64,000 bases of DNA. It comes from an uncultured Candidatus Poseidoniales archaeon (GTDB lineage Archaea > Thermoplasmatota > Poseidoniia > Poseidoniales > Poseidoniaceae). The position numbers and the translations under genes were made by a program. The notes beneath the pieces were generated by a model. It ran no database searches. It was not told where the DNA came from and saw only the letters and a program-made list of their open reading frames with translations. The first letter of the stretch is position 1. The number at the start of each line of letters is the position of its first letter. This document shows, in pieces, positions 18,701 through 28,622 of this stretch. Location of the stretch: positions 26,004 through 90,003 of the forward strand of contig CACODE010000001.1 of NCBI GenBank assembly GCA_902625885.1. The letters are read 5' to 3'.

Positions 18701-21466
18701 TCCCGACGTGGTGTTAACCCGCTCAACGGCTCCGACGCTTTTGAAAACCCAGACGGCGATGGGTACGACGTGAATCGGGACGGGGAGATTTCCTTGGATG
18801 AAGCCTTTGTGAACTACCTCGAATACCACATTCGCTCCGACCTTTTCAACGGCAACTTAACGCTGGATGGGGAAGCCGTTCCAGGAAACTTTACCACGAA
18901 GTTGTTTGACAACATCGCCGATTTGGGTGCACCAGAAGACACGTTTGCTGACAGAGCGTCGGGTTCGGTAACGGCCGGTTTATCCGAATACAGCATCGGT
19001 GCAGCAGACCCGTTGGACGCCGACACCGATGCTGACGGCATGCCGGACGGCTGGGAGATATGGTTTGCGAGATGGAACCTTCTCGACGACGCTTGGACGC
19101 TCAATCCCCTCGACTCAACCGACCGGTGGCAAGACGCTGACGACGACGGCATGACCAACTGGGAAGAGTACAACGTCATTTCACCGATGCTCTCTGAAAC
19201 CGATGTGAACCGCTCATCGCCACAGTGGTTCGTCACCACCATCGGTCTATCCTTCGCCCTGCAACAGTGGCCGGGGATACCGACCACCGCTTCGTTCGGC
19301 GATTTCTTGACGGAAAATCAGACCAACCTGACGGGTTTGACGGCCGACCCGAACAATGTGGATACGGACGGCGACGGTATGCTTGATGGGGTGGAGCTGT
19401 TGTTCACCACGTGGAACGTCTCAGCCGGGGTCTGGACGCTCAACCCCCTCGTGGCCGGTGATGGCGATTTTGACGGGGACGAGGACGGACTCAACGATCG
19501 CCAAGAATTTGCCCTGGCGACCCAGCAACCCGACAATGGTGTTGACCACCCGAGCGATGCGCCGCTTCTGCACATCGACGGTGATTTCCAACAACCCACC
19601 GAGAAAGCCCAGCGCGTGTTTAACATTCTCATTTCAAAGGAAACGCGCGGAAAACGGCTCCTCAACGACTTCAACGCTTGGCAACAAGGTGAACCACCCA
19701 ACGCCTTCATCGAGGTGGTTTTGGGCATGACCGATCCGACCATTGCCGATACGGATGGCGACGGCATGTACGACGGCTTCGAATACTGGTTCACCTCATG
19801 GGACTTGGACCAAAACCGGTGGTCGATCAACCCGCTTATTGACGGGGATGTGAACTTGGATTCGGATCAAGACAGTTTCGACTGCAACGGCGATGGAAGC
19901 ATCGACGTCAACGAAACCTTCAGCAATCTGCGTGAATGGGAATCCAGAACCTGGGGTAAATTCCTGACCCGAAACACCGTTCCTGCAAATCTCGGCATCA
20001 TTGATTTCGGTGAGGATGCCATGGCGGCTTATCAAGAGGAACTCGGGTTTTCACCTCTTCAAGCACAACAAGCGTTGTACCAAGACTTCATCAAAAAAGG
20101 ACAGGAATCCCTTGAGCGTATGGAGAAAATCAACTCATTGGACAATGAAAATTTCAATCGAAGTTTGCGTGGCGTCGCCGACCCAACACATCCTGATTCC
20201 GACAGCGACGGTATCCCCGATGGATGGGAGTATTGCTATGCAATCTACGGAATGGACGACATCACGACCGAGAATCACTGGGCGGCCAACCCGTTGAATC
20301 CGTGGGACGTGGATTACGACGGGGACCACGACGGATGGTACGACCGGACCAGCTTCGACATCCCAGCCGAACAAGGTTCGTGGGAAAACAGGGTGTTCAC
20401 GCCGTCTGGCATTACCGTTCAAAACGGGGTGGGCGATTTGCCGTTCACGAACTTCATGGAGTACGACAACCAAACCCGACCGGATTTGAACGACAGCGAT
20501 GCAGACAGCCGTACGTTCATCACCACGGTGGAGAACGGCGCTGTCGTTTCTCATGTGAGGGATTACAACTATTCTGATGGCCGAGAGGTGTTCAAGTACG
20601 GCTCAAACCCAAGCGACAACGATACTGACGGTGACATGCTTCCCGACTGGTACGAGTACAAGATGGCATGGAACGAGAGCAACGACAATTTCAGTTCGTT
20701 CCTCAACATTCGTGTCGTTTGGATAGATGTGGCGACGGGTGGTGCCTGCAACACCGACACAACCTCCTGCCTGCCATTGTCTCAAGACGGCTCAGGAGGA
20801 ACGCTGGGGAGGCCCGATACCGAATTCACATGGTTCACGTTGGACCCTGCCAATCCAAACGACGCCAACGAAGATCCTGACCAAGACGGCAATTGGGATT
20901 GTTCTGGGGCAGGATGCAGTTACGAATCTTACACGAATTTCCAGGAATTCTACGCCATTACCACGAGCGATTACGCTTCGCCGAATGCGGTCAGGCTCAG
21001 CGGTTTGACCCACGAAGGCATGCCCGTCACCGAAGGATGGCAGTTCAGAGCGGCCATTTTGGGCCTCGGGCAATCCAACGAATTGACGTTGAATTATTTG
21101 AAACTCGATAAGTACGGAGGACCGGACAATCAGTACGGCTACATCGTTGACGACCGCGACACAAACTACCTCATCGTTGACCCGTCAGACGACATCGTCC
21201 TGATGGCAGGGAACCGCACCGATGCCTGGGACATTTACTACGCCGGTTCCCCGAACACGCCACCGGTGCGAAACGTTGGCGAACACGAATACGGCTGGTA
21301 TTTGCTCGACTTCGATGACGATCACCTCGCCGAGGGCAGCAGCCCCAAAAATTGGGATACGGATGGCGACTGGATGAACGATTGGTTCGAAGTAAGGGAT
21401 GACGAAGAGGACGGCGTTCGTGGCGATTCTTCGCCAATTCGCTACGATTCTCGTCAGACCAATTGA
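15719..21466 (+). CDS. Giant Ca-binding repeat protein (thrombospondin type-3-like DxDxDGxPDGWE repeats) with an inserted beta-propeller
   Basis: N-terminal signal/anchor; about 25 DxDxDG-type motifs; central propeller-like blades (LFVGTDRGL, LWFGTPSGV, LIGSAWGL); no C-terminal TM. Confidence 0.85.
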   Translation: MRRSQTAILTTLAVVASLLFMSQFPAISNVANVHPEDATSGGPQKTDTDGDSIPDVHENLFEEWMNWTAVDGRDVSIPGLDKDTADNDLDNDIDGLNATEEYCWPYPANCTAPGFPRGLTGELDENNNRMYLDPRISDTDGDGMPDGYEVYMCHRLGGFDPVDLRYSCPSFDPLNGSDVTLDSDNDGFDVNRDGILSDSERYTAPEEYAYGMPSNFTAELDGLWCYATEPEGSVLKNWPYLPSGNNATFHNLLAACTKTAANPVGEDLWLGTDPLMDDSDRYLWDGFSIRPLYPSFGDGIPDGWEVHFGLNPLNRSNALDDPDNDGWDANRDGGLSDDVSRTETALKLGEALSTLEEYLVHYDDGNTVYPGLKSTYVGDEIDFTTMPLVYDAPADTLAVMHHDIRSLDENGGKIYAMTKYGVSVLDSEQNAQSHHWLPEGIVLNDGFLARSNGLPYAAVLGTTAGFAVAPLLADGALGSMPTWSWSFAEKVNAVAPLAGEDTNLHVIGLGDGGEGLVIEIDGNANIITTSEIGAGLKAGLGEANASVSAIQHGLVGGSTFHLFVGTDRGLLVVDTPTARDEATGEWRFFFTRETNPIPTNVDELRSLPLGVNDNPADVRTLVLDGPSANNAQALWFGTPSGVHKLDLIEDMIEHSGLYVHPGVDGKLSQDTNNIYAIHPTGDEILIGSAWGLWAIAGDHDAVYGLQDQTRLPGQIVAITTSVEEGNVTVYGSATPGQFANLQLMDPGANDSDADGMPDGWEVVHGLDPTDPWDALYDPDADGINLDQSADMSLDRLWTNLDEFRYTKTTPEGYNSTDPRIGDTDGDGLGDGAEHYGFFYEQSNLWCYYTVQMEYLCDESKGQAANATYLAIANVDTATDPTNHDSDGDGMPDGWEIQHRRWIGDSFTGGNNWSLDPLRPEDANWDADGDGLPNLCEYQWSIVRLMGIDGDLLEDYGESPEAAESWAVADPNLVDSDGDTLPDGWESKGLCSWDPSRRGVNPLNGSDAFENPDGDGYDVNRDGEISLDEAFVNYLEYHIRSDLFNGNLTLDGEAVPGNFTTKLFDNIADLGAPEDTFADRASGSVTAGLSEYSIGAADPLDADTDADGMPDGWEIWFARWNLLDDAWTLNPLDSTDRWQDADDDGMTNWEEYNVISPMLSETDVNRSSPQWFVTTIGLSFALQQWPGIPTTASFGDFLTENQTNLTGLTADPNNVDTDGDGMLDGVELLFTTWNVSAGVWTLNPLVAGDGDFDGDEDGLNDRQEFALATQQPDNGVDHPSDAPLLHIDGDFQQPTEKAQRVFNILISKETRGKRLLNDFNAWQQGEPPNAFIEVVLGMTDPTIADTDGDGMYDGFEYWFTSWDLDQNRWSINPLIDGDVNLDSDQDSFDCNGDGSIDVNETFSNLREWESRTWGKFLTRNTVPANLGIIDFGEDAMAAYQEELGFSPLQAQQALYQDFIKKGQESLERMEKINSLDNENFNRSLRGVADPTHPDSDSDGIPDGWEYCYAIYGMDDITTENHWAANPLNPWDVDYDGDHDGWYDRTSFDIPAEQGSWENRVFTPSGITVQNGVGDLPFTNFMEYDNQTRPDLNDSDADSRTFITTVENGAVVSHVRDYNYSDGREVFKYGSNPSDNDTDGDMLPDWYEYKMAWNESNDNFSSFLNIRVVWIDVATGGACNTDTTSCLPLSQDGSGGTLGRPDTEFTWFTLDPANPNDANEDPDQDGNWDCSGAGCSYESYTNFQEFYAITTSDYASPNAVRLSGLTHEGMPVTEGWQFRAAILGLGQSNELTLNYLKLDKYGGPDNQYGYIVDDRDTNYLIVDPSDDIVLMAGNRTDAWDIYYAGSPNTPPVRNVGEHEYGWYLLDFDDDHLAEGSSPKNWDTDGDWMNDWFEVRDDEEDGVRGDSSPIRYDSRQTN

Positions 21467-21528
21467 CGACGTCGTTGTGTTGCCCCCAAACCGCATCATT
21501 CAAATGGTAACTGGAGCGTGTGGGAAAC

Positions 21529-24500
21529 ATGCACGGTGGCGGCAAGCAACGGTTCCATACCCGAGCCGTGTTTTTCCTTCTCGTCTCCATGATGGTTTTC
21601 ACCCCGCTCGGTCCACTAGCAGAGGTGATGATATCGGAGGCTGAGGCTGCGTCAGGAACCAGGCACGTCTACGAGTTCAGCGACGGTTCAGTAGAACACA
21701 TCGCCCTGTATCAAGGAGCAAATCCAGACATGGGAGCCGCTGTTTCCCTACCCAGAGGGGCCCTCGTAACAGACGTGAGCATGACCCTATCGGGGGCATC
21801 AGCAACCGGCTGGTCACAAATCGTCACAGACGACAGGGATCATTGGATTCGGGGTACAGAGGCTGATATTGACGACCGGTCGGGCGACTTAACCCTCGCC
21901 ATGAGCAACGTGAGTCGAAACTTCTTGCCTCATGCAGGGGATGCTTATGTTGACCCCAATTCAGACGCCTGGCTCGACAACGGCTCTTACGCCCTGCGAC
22001 AGCCGCACACCTCAAACGCTACCGAAGCGTTGTATTCCCAACAATTGACCAAAACTTCGTCAAGTTTCATGGCGCAAAGCCAAGGAGCCATCCTGAAACA
22101 TCACGACTGGCTGTTCTTGTCAACATGGTCTTCGTCTACCTTCAGCAACATTGTTGAACGGTTGTACCCCAACAACGCTTCTCGTGAATCGGTCATCACC
22201 TTGGACAAAGCAGCGTGCACCCTCCCGCAGAAACACTCCTCCTCTTACTACGGCTACTACGGTTTCCGAGACTGGACGATCACCGACGATGAACGCCTTT
22301 TCGGCATCCTTTCAGGCTACAGGTACACCTACGGTTCCACCGCTCCGGTGAATTACCATCGCGTCATGGAGATGGACATCTCGAGAGACGATACCTGGAC
22401 ATGCATTGATTCCTACGATATCTCGCCATCCGTCGGTGAGTACACCGGCATCGCTTACGACCGTCAGACGGGCAAAGTTTGGGTGGCCCACAACGCCATG
22501 AATCGACTCTATGCTTACGAATTTGAGAGCGACGGGACGTCAACGTACACGCGCAGTTCGGACTTTTACAGCTACACCTCGGCCAGTGGCTCGAGCTGGG
22601 AATGCGGAGGCACATACGGGAGCAGTTCCAAACAAATGCTGCGAGGCCTAGAAGTAAACGGTTCAACATTTTACATGCGTTGTCAAGAAGACTCCCCCTA
22701 CAACGACCGGGATCAACTAGAAGCTTGGTCGGTATCGGGGAGTTCTTCGGCGCTGATTCCTGAGTCCACGACAAAACAAATTTCTCGCTTGGGCTACGGT
22801 TTGCAGTTCGACGGTGAACGCTTCGTGACCGTTGACTGTGGCTACTCAACATGGTCGGGCGCCACCCTCTACTACCGTGAATTTGGAACGGGGTGGATGT
22901 ACGAAACCACACCCGCTCCCGGGACCACGACGTGGTACGGCGAAGTCGTTCACTCCGGCGACGAGGTTCTCTCCGCAAACGTGGAAACGTATTGGTCAGC
23001 AGCGTCCATTGGCGACCGCGTGGACTACTGGATTTCAGCAGACAACGGGACCCATTGGGAGGAGGTCGAATCCGAATCCACCATACACTTTGACCATCCC
23101 GGTAAGGAACTGATTTGGAAAGCGCAACTCATCGGCTCCACGGCCGTATCGTGGTGGGTTGACGTTGAATATTCCACCGCTTACGAAACCAGCGGGAATT
23201 GGTTGTCACCGTCGTTCAACACGGGAACAAAAGTCGGGAAAGTCCGACCCCAATGGATTGCTGACGCACCGTCCCAGACCTCCATTGAGGTCAAGGTCTC
23301 CAACGACAACGGCACCACGTGGCTTGACGCTTCAAACAATCAGGAAAGGAGTTTCTCCACCCAAGCGGCTGGCAACACCCTTCGTTACGCCGTGTTTTAC
23401 GAAACAACGGACGCCAGTGTTTCTCCGTCGATTGACGAGTTTGTTCTGGAGTATGAGGAAGGCTACCCAGACCGCCCGATGCTCGATGTTGGGGCCGACG
23501 GCACGTACGACTGGGAGGCGGATATTTTCCTCAACGAATCTTCCGTCGTCGCTTCCGACGACTCCCCGGTTGGTGCTATCGTCAAGAAAGCCCCCACGTT
23601 GGTGGCCGCCTTCAACGACCACGTTCCCGAAAACGGCGACGGTTTCGTCGACATCCCTATCGCTGTGAAAGCTGCGAGTTCCGGACGGGTCAAAATTTCA
23701 AACATCGACATCACGTACGCCATGCAAACAAGAGCCGTAGGGGCTTCGTTTGAGGGTGGTCTTGCAGCTCCGGATGGCTTGTACCGCAACTTCATCACCC
23801 GAATCGCTCCGGGGGACGAGGTTGACCACGTGACGAAGGCCGTGATCGCCATCGAACACGCTCATGGCGACAACCCGAACTTCACATGGCAACGAGGTGA
23901 CAGTTGCACCGTGAATTCCGATGCCGGTGGCATCGTTGTCTTTGACGCTGCCAACTGCACTTCTGTGGAGGATGCAGATGGCGTGGTTTCTGTCTGGATG
24001 CCAACCAAAGTCAACTGGTCGTGGGATGACGAGCGCAGCACGGAAGCCATTGTTTCCGTCGAGGACGACCTAGGCATTGCCGTGGACCAGTGGACCACTC
24101 CCGACATGGACCTCGTCGTTGAAAACGACATTCAACTGGACGGTTTGAGGGTCTGGGAAGAAACGGGGCGGCAGTTGTTCCCGATGGATTGGGTCCGAGG
24201 GGGCTTTAACATCAGTTTCAGCGGCTCCATTCATTTCCAAGATTCACAATTGATGCCGCCTGCAGGCAGTTTTTCCCTGCGCGTGCTTGGCCAAAACGTA
24301 ACCTACGACGGCGATCCAATGGGGGAACCTGTCGTCCTTTACGAAGAGGCCAACCCTGCATTCGGTGCTTACAACATGACGTTTGTCTCCCCTGTTGAAT
24401 CAGAGCCCGGTGGCATGATTTTCTACGTGCAGGCGGTCGATCTCGAAAACGGCTCAACTTATACAAACCCGAACTACAACACCATCCGACTCATCTTGGA

Positions 24501-26937
24501 TGGCAATTCACCCCTTGTCCTCAGTGCAACACCGATGGACAACGAGGAACGACATGCAGGGGCACCAGGGGTTGGTCAATCGGTTTCGATCGTTGTTCAG
24601 GATTCGGTGGACCCGCCCCGTCAATTGAACCTGCATTACTGGGTTGGTTGCAAAGCGAGCGACGCCATTGGCTGCACCGACTACAACTTCGATGGTTTGC
24701 CAAACGAGGACGAATACGAGGTGAAAACCCTCTCCTCGCCGGAAACCAGAGCGGGTGGACTGAACATCTTCGAAGGCCTCATTGATGATTCAATGCTGCT
24801 TCACAAACAACGCGTCTCGTTCTACATCACCGGCCAAGACGAACAACAAAACGAAATCGCGATGGGCAAGGGGCCTGTTTGCCCGGCATCTACTGTGACT
24901 TGCGGGTTCCGTCCTGGCGAGGTGATGCCGGACTGGGACGCCGATCTCTCGACGTACTTTATCCGTCAAGAATTCGAACCCGAGGTTGACTTGGGTAACT
25001 CATCCATCCTTGGCCACGATGATTACGAGCCACTGCATCCGGGTGTGCCTTACACGGCACAGATAAAGCTCAGCGACATCAACGGCTGGCAAGATATTCA
25101 ATACGTTCAGGTCGCCCTTGCTGGTGACTTTGACGATGAGGAATCGTCGATGTTCATCACGCTCGACGAGGGAGCTGATGGTCACCCTGTCGCCGTTATG
25201 ACCTCAGGTTCCGATAACATCGCCGTATCGAATCTTTATTCCTCCGTGAATTTGGAGGAAAATAACGACTCCGTCGTCGTTATTCAAGCAAAGTTCCAAC
25301 TCACATGGCTGTTCCCTGAATCCTACGACACGGACGGAGAATCTCACTTCCTGCCGAAAATACGTGTCACCGACCAACCGTGCAACGATAACGAGATCAC
25401 GCCTTGTTTCGAGGTTGAAGAAGGCCTAGGCGATGACTGGTGGAGTCTTGACAACGACTTCCGGTTTGACACGCAGTCGGGGAAAATTCGAGCCATCGAA
25501 CTGCGAAACAGCGAGAACCACTACAACGAGGAGAATTTTGAAACCATCATCGGTGCAGGTCAAGCCCTTCGTGTCTCTGGGCGCGTGTTGTTTTCGGAGG
25601 ACGAAACCCCTGCACCTGCCGGTGCCTTCGATGTCGTCTTTGGTGATTATGAGAACAACTGGCGGACCTCTACAAGGGATGATGGCGAGTTCAGCCTGGA
25701 CCTTCTTGTTCCCGCAGTGCGGTCAGGGCGACTGGACCTGCGCCTCAGCATGGACGACCTACCTGGCCTCGCCCTTGACGAGACGGCGTTTTCACCCCGT
25801 GTGCGTCTCGCCGTTGACAGCGCGAGACCGACGATTGACGACATCACGTTGAACGACGTGACGAGTGGGTCCCCTCTCTCTATTGGTGAGGCAGACAACC
25901 TCAATGTCGTCCTTATCACAAACGACGAAAATGGATTCGAATTTGGAGAAGCCGCCGTTCTTCACTACAGGGTGAAGGCGGGCGAGGCGGAAATTTCCCG
26001 TGGAAGCGTTTTGCTACCGGACATCACGCCGTTTGGGCAACAATACTTCTGGAGTGGTGTGCTTGATTTGACCGATTCGGGTGCAACAACACTCCTTCCG
26101 TCCTACACCGTTGATGTTTGGGTCTCAGGTTCCGATGAGGCTGGAAACCCGTTTGATACGGTCTCAAACTCAATGAATGACCCGGTAGCGACTTGGCCAC
26201 TGGCCATTCTCGGACCGCAAATCAACCTGCAAGACGTCGCTTCATCGCTCAGTTGGGACGTGCCCAGCCCCTACGAAGGCGAGCGGGCCAACATGATGGT
26301 TGACGCCACCAACAACGGTGGGAACGGCAAGGTCGTGTTTGCTCTGCAGCAACTAGTCGACGGTGGGTTCTGGTCCACGGTCTCGGAAGTTGAGGTGGAG
26401 ACGACGGCTGGGGACGCCCTCTCGGTATCGTTGCCGGTGGATGCGGACGGCCCTGCAGGGTCAAGCATTGACTACCGCGTGCTTGTACTGGTTGATGGTG
26501 TCGAGATGGATCGATACACCGTGGATTCCTTGCTTATCAAACAAGAGACCGTTCGGGACGGTGAAGCCCTCTCCCAGCAGGTAAGCACGGATATTTTCAG
26601 CGTCGCCTTGTTTGTCATAGCCCTCGGCTCTGTATCCTTTGCCCTCTACGCCATGGTGCTGCGACGTCGCATGCTGGCGCCTGAAACCGAAGAGGAGCAA
26701 GCTGACCAAACCGAGGTTGTTGCCGAGGAGATGAGATCGTCAAAAGACCTGCCAGAGCTGGCGCCAGTCGCTCCTGTGGCCGCCGTGAGTACCCCGCCTC
26801 CTCCACCTCAAATGCGACCCGGGCCCGACCGCAGCAAACCTGCCCCACTCCCGCCGACAGGGCTTCCTGACGGGTGGACACAAGACCAATGGAATTCGTA
26901 CGGTTGGCAATACATCGACGCACTCGCCAAGAAGTGA
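21529..26937 (+). CDS. Giant membrane-anchored surface protein (~1800 aa)
   Basis: Signal peptide (..EAEA); Ser/Tyr-rich propeller-like region; two Asp-box-like motifs (SADNGTHW, SNDNGTTW); Ig-like domains; C-terminal TM; Pro-rich linker and GWTQDQW tail. Confidence 0.8.
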   Translation: MHGGGKQRFHTRAVFFLLVSMMVFTPLGPLAEVMISEAEAASGTRHVYEFSDGSVEHIALYQGANPDMGAAVSLPRGALVTDVSMTLSGASATGWSQIVTDDRDHWIRGTEADIDDRSGDLTLAMSNVSRNFLPHAGDAYVDPNSDAWLDNGSYALRQPHTSNATEALYSQQLTKTSSSFMAQSQGAILKHHDWLFLSTWSSSTFSNIVERLYPNNASRESVITLDKAACTLPQKHSSSYYGYYGFRDWTITDDERLFGILSGYRYTYGSTAPVNYHRVMEMDISRDDTWTCIDSYDISPSVGEYTGIAYDRQTGKVWVAHNAMNRLYAYEFESDGTSTYTRSSDFYSYTSASGSSWECGGTYGSSSKQMLRGLEVNGSTFYMRCQEDSPYNDRDQLEAWSVSGSSSALIPESTTKQISRLGYGLQFDGERFVTVDCGYSTWSGATLYYREFGTGWMYETTPAPGTTTWYGEVVHSGDEVLSANVETYWSAASIGDRVDYWISADNGTHWEEVESESTIHFDHPGKELIWKAQLIGSTAVSWWVDVEYSTAYETSGNWLSPSFNTGTKVGKVRPQWIADAPSQTSIEVKVSNDNGTTWLDASNNQERSFSTQAAGNTLRYAVFYETTDASVSPSIDEFVLEYEEGYPDRPMLDVGADGTYDWEADIFLNESSVVASDDSPVGAIVKKAPTLVAAFNDHVPENGDGFVDIPIAVKAASSGRVKISNIDITYAMQTRAVGASFEGGLAAPDGLYRNFITRIAPGDEVDHVTKAVIAIEHAHGDNPNFTWQRGDSCTVNSDAGGIVVFDAANCTSVEDADGVVSVWMPTKVNWSWDDERSTEAIVSVEDDLGIAVDQWTTPDMDLVVENDIQLDGLRVWEETGRQLFPMDWVRGGFNISFSGSIHFQDSQLMPPAGSFSLRVLGQNVTYDGDPMGEPVVLYEEANPAFGAYNMTFVSPVESEPGGMIFYVQAVDLENGSTYTNPNYNTIRLILDGNSPLVLSATPMDNEERHAGAPGVGQSVSIVVQDSVDPPRQLNLHYWVGCKASDAIGCTDYNFDGLPNEDEYEVKTLSSPETRAGGLNIFEGLIDDSMLLHKQRVSFYITGQDEQQNEIAMGKGPVCPASTVTCGFRPGEVMPDWDADLSTYFIRQEFEPEVDLGNSSILGHDDYEPLHPGVPYTAQIKLSDINGWQDIQYVQVALAGDFDDEESSMFITLDEGADGHPVAVMTSGSDNIAVSNLYSSVNLEENNDSVVVIQAKFQLTWLFPESYDTDGESHFLPKIRVTDQPCNDNEITPCFEVEEGLGDDWWSLDNDFRFDTQSGKIRAIELRNSENHYNEENFETIIGAGQALRVSGRVLFSEDETPAPAGAFDVVFGDYENNWRTSTRDDGEFSLDLLVPAVRSGRLDLRLSMDDLPGLALDETAFSPRVRLAVDSARPTIDDITLNDVTSGSPLSIGEADNLNVVLITNDENGFEFGEAAVLHYRVKAGEAEISRGSVLLPDITPFGQQYFWSGVLDLTDSGATTLLPSYTVDVWVSGSDEAGNPFDTVSNSMNDPVATWPLAILGPQINLQDVASSLSWDVPSPYEGERANMMVDATNNGGNGKVVFALQQLVDGGFWSTVSEVEVETTAGDALSVSLPVDADGPAGSSIDYRVLVLVDGVEMDRYTVDSLLIKQETVRDGEALSQQVSTDIFSVALFVIALGSVSFALYAMVLRRRMLAPETEEEQADQTEVVAEEMRSSKDLPELAPVAPVAAVSTPPPPPQMRPGPDRSKPAPLPPTGLPDGWTQDQWNSYGWQYIDALAKK

Positions 26938-26947
26938 GGGAACCACG

Positions 26948-27388
26948 GTGTCTGATGAAACGGTTGAGGGGCTTGTAACGCTTACCGAGCGCACCGTCAA
27001 CCTCGTCAACCAACTCAGCATGCCGCTGGTTGAGGTTTCGCTCGTTATCCAGAAACACGTGAACCAACTCATGACCACCCTTACCGACCATCTTGAAGCC
27101 ACAGGACAAACCGTTGGAGAGCGGGTCCACAGCCCTTGGCCGGTCGACGATCAACAGGGGCCGCAGGACTCGACGTTTGCGCTGGAAAAGGTCATGGAAA
27201 TCGTGGACCATCAACGAATGGACATTCTTGACACGCTGATACGGGTAACGCTGATTGAAATCAACGCCAGCGTCATCGACGCCCTGTTGGCTCTGCGCCA
27301 GTGGGAACATCTTGCTCGAACACAACTCGCCTCGGCAAAAGGTCCCGGTCAACTGTTTTCTCCCCTGAACATTCCGGACGATTGGTAA
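26948..27388 (+). CDS. Hypothetical helical protein
   Basis: 146-aa ORF starting 10 bp after the giant gene, with protein-like composition. Confidence 0.65.
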   Translation: MSDETVEGLVTLTERTVNLVNQLSMPLVEVSLVIQKHVNQLMTTLTDHLEATGQTVGERVHSPWPVDDQQGPQDSTFALEKVMEIVDHQRMDILDTLIRVTLIEINASVIDALLALRQWEHLARTQLASAKGPGQLFSPLNIPDDW

Positions 27389-27425
27389 GCAGGCATTCAA
27401 AAGCAACGCAAACGAGGGAGCATCA

Positions 27426-28211
27426 ATGAAGAGCAATCAAATCGTGGTTTTGCTGGTTGCTGCGTTCTTTTGCAGCGGACTCTCGGGGTGCATCGGCAGC
27501 GATTCCTTCGATATTCTCCCTGAGAAGAAAGGCGTACCAGGTGGTCTCACGCTCGCTTGCTTGCGCAGCAGCATGTACACCTCGATGGTGATTGAAATCG
27601 ATCATGAACCCGGGTACAGACCCTTCTCCAGCAGTGCCGACATGCTCGTGGAACGGTTGAACAGCGTTTGCGACAAGCCATCTGGCATTTCTGTAGAGTA
27701 CAACGAGGTTGATTTCCAACACGAAGGTGCTTGGACTGCGCAAGACGTGCGGGACAAAGGTTGGGAGCAAAAAGACACCTCGCCGCGCGACGGCACCACA
27801 CTCTACTGGCAGGTCCTGTTCCCGGCGGGCACCTACGAAACAGATTCTGTGCTCGGCGTAGCCGTCGATGCCTCCACGGTCGCTCTGTTCGGAGATTCCA
27901 TTGATGAGGCGGACGGTCCTTTTGGTCGACCCTCTGTGGAAGACGTGGAAAACAGCGTCCTTGTTCATGAAGTCGGCCACCTGCTCGGTCTGGTGAACCT
28001 GGTCTACCAGTCGCCCGTGGACCACGAAGATGACGAACATCCCGGCCATTCCAACAACGAGGATTCCGTGATGTACTGGGCGGTCGAGTCGGCTGATGTC
28101 TCAAATTTCATTTTCGGTACACTGCCCAACGATTTTGACAACGACGACCGAAACGACCTTGCGGGTCTCGCAGATGGCTCAATCGAAATACGCGATCAAC
28201 TCTGGCCTTGA
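27426..28211 (+). CDS. Zinc metalloprotease lipoprotein (metzincin-like)
   Basis: Lipobox LSGC; HEVGHLLGL zinc motif; Met-turn SVMY. Confidence 0.85.
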   Translation: MKSNQIVVLLVAAFFCSGLSGCIGSDSFDILPEKKGVPGGLTLACLRSSMYTSMVIEIDHEPGYRPFSSSADMLVERLNSVCDKPSGISVEYNEVDFQHEGAWTAQDVRDKGWEQKDTSPRDGTTLYWQVLFPAGTYETDSVLGVAVDASTVALFGDSIDEADGPFGRPSVEDVENSVLVHEVGHLLGLVNLVYQSPVDHEDDEHPGHSNNEDSVMYWAVESADVSNFIFGTLPNDFDNDDRNDLAGLADGSIEIRDQLWP

Positions 28212-28537
28212 GACTGGCCCATGAGGCCTACGGCGTCTCGCCAAGCGTCAAAGATTGACCACACGTAAAGCCCTATCCAGAGCACCAGCGTGAGGGCCAG
28301 AGGTATCTGCAGAAAAGCCCATTCAACGCCCCTTCGGTGTTCTCTGTTGAAGTGCTGACCGAGGAACAAGAACGGAACGGTTGCAAGAACAGCCGCCACC
28401 AACGGACGAACAGCGCCCCAAGTCCCAACACCGAAGGTGATTTCTCTCCAGATTTCTTTGACGATTCGGACCGGGAAGATACCGGTTTTTTCGGTCGAGG
28501 ATTCAGGGGTGAGTTGTACCACCAACTCCTCTTCCAT
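28196..28537 (-). CDS. Small membrane protein
   Basis: ATG 28537 (MEEELVVQ..); two hydrophobic helices, with WSIFDAWRDA near the end. Confidence 0.6.
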   Translation of the reverse strand: MEEELVVQLTPESSTEKTGIFPVRIVKEIWREITFGVGTWGAVRPLVAAVLATVPFLFLGQHFNREHRRGVEWAFLQIPLALTLVLWIGLYVWSIFDAWRDAVGLMGQSQGQS

Positions 28538-28622
28538 ACCCCTCGGTGTTGTTTCTTCTTTGTCAAGATGACGCCGGCTACAAAGGATATGAATCAAAAA
28601 CTGACCTTTCTGTGGGAACGAC

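Noticed and set aside
15850..21400. Recurring GACGGCATGCC(T/G)GACGG nucleotide repeats suggesting a CRISPR or mobile array
   Set aside because: Spacing is irregular and third positions vary synonymously. They are codons of the DGMPDG protein repeats.
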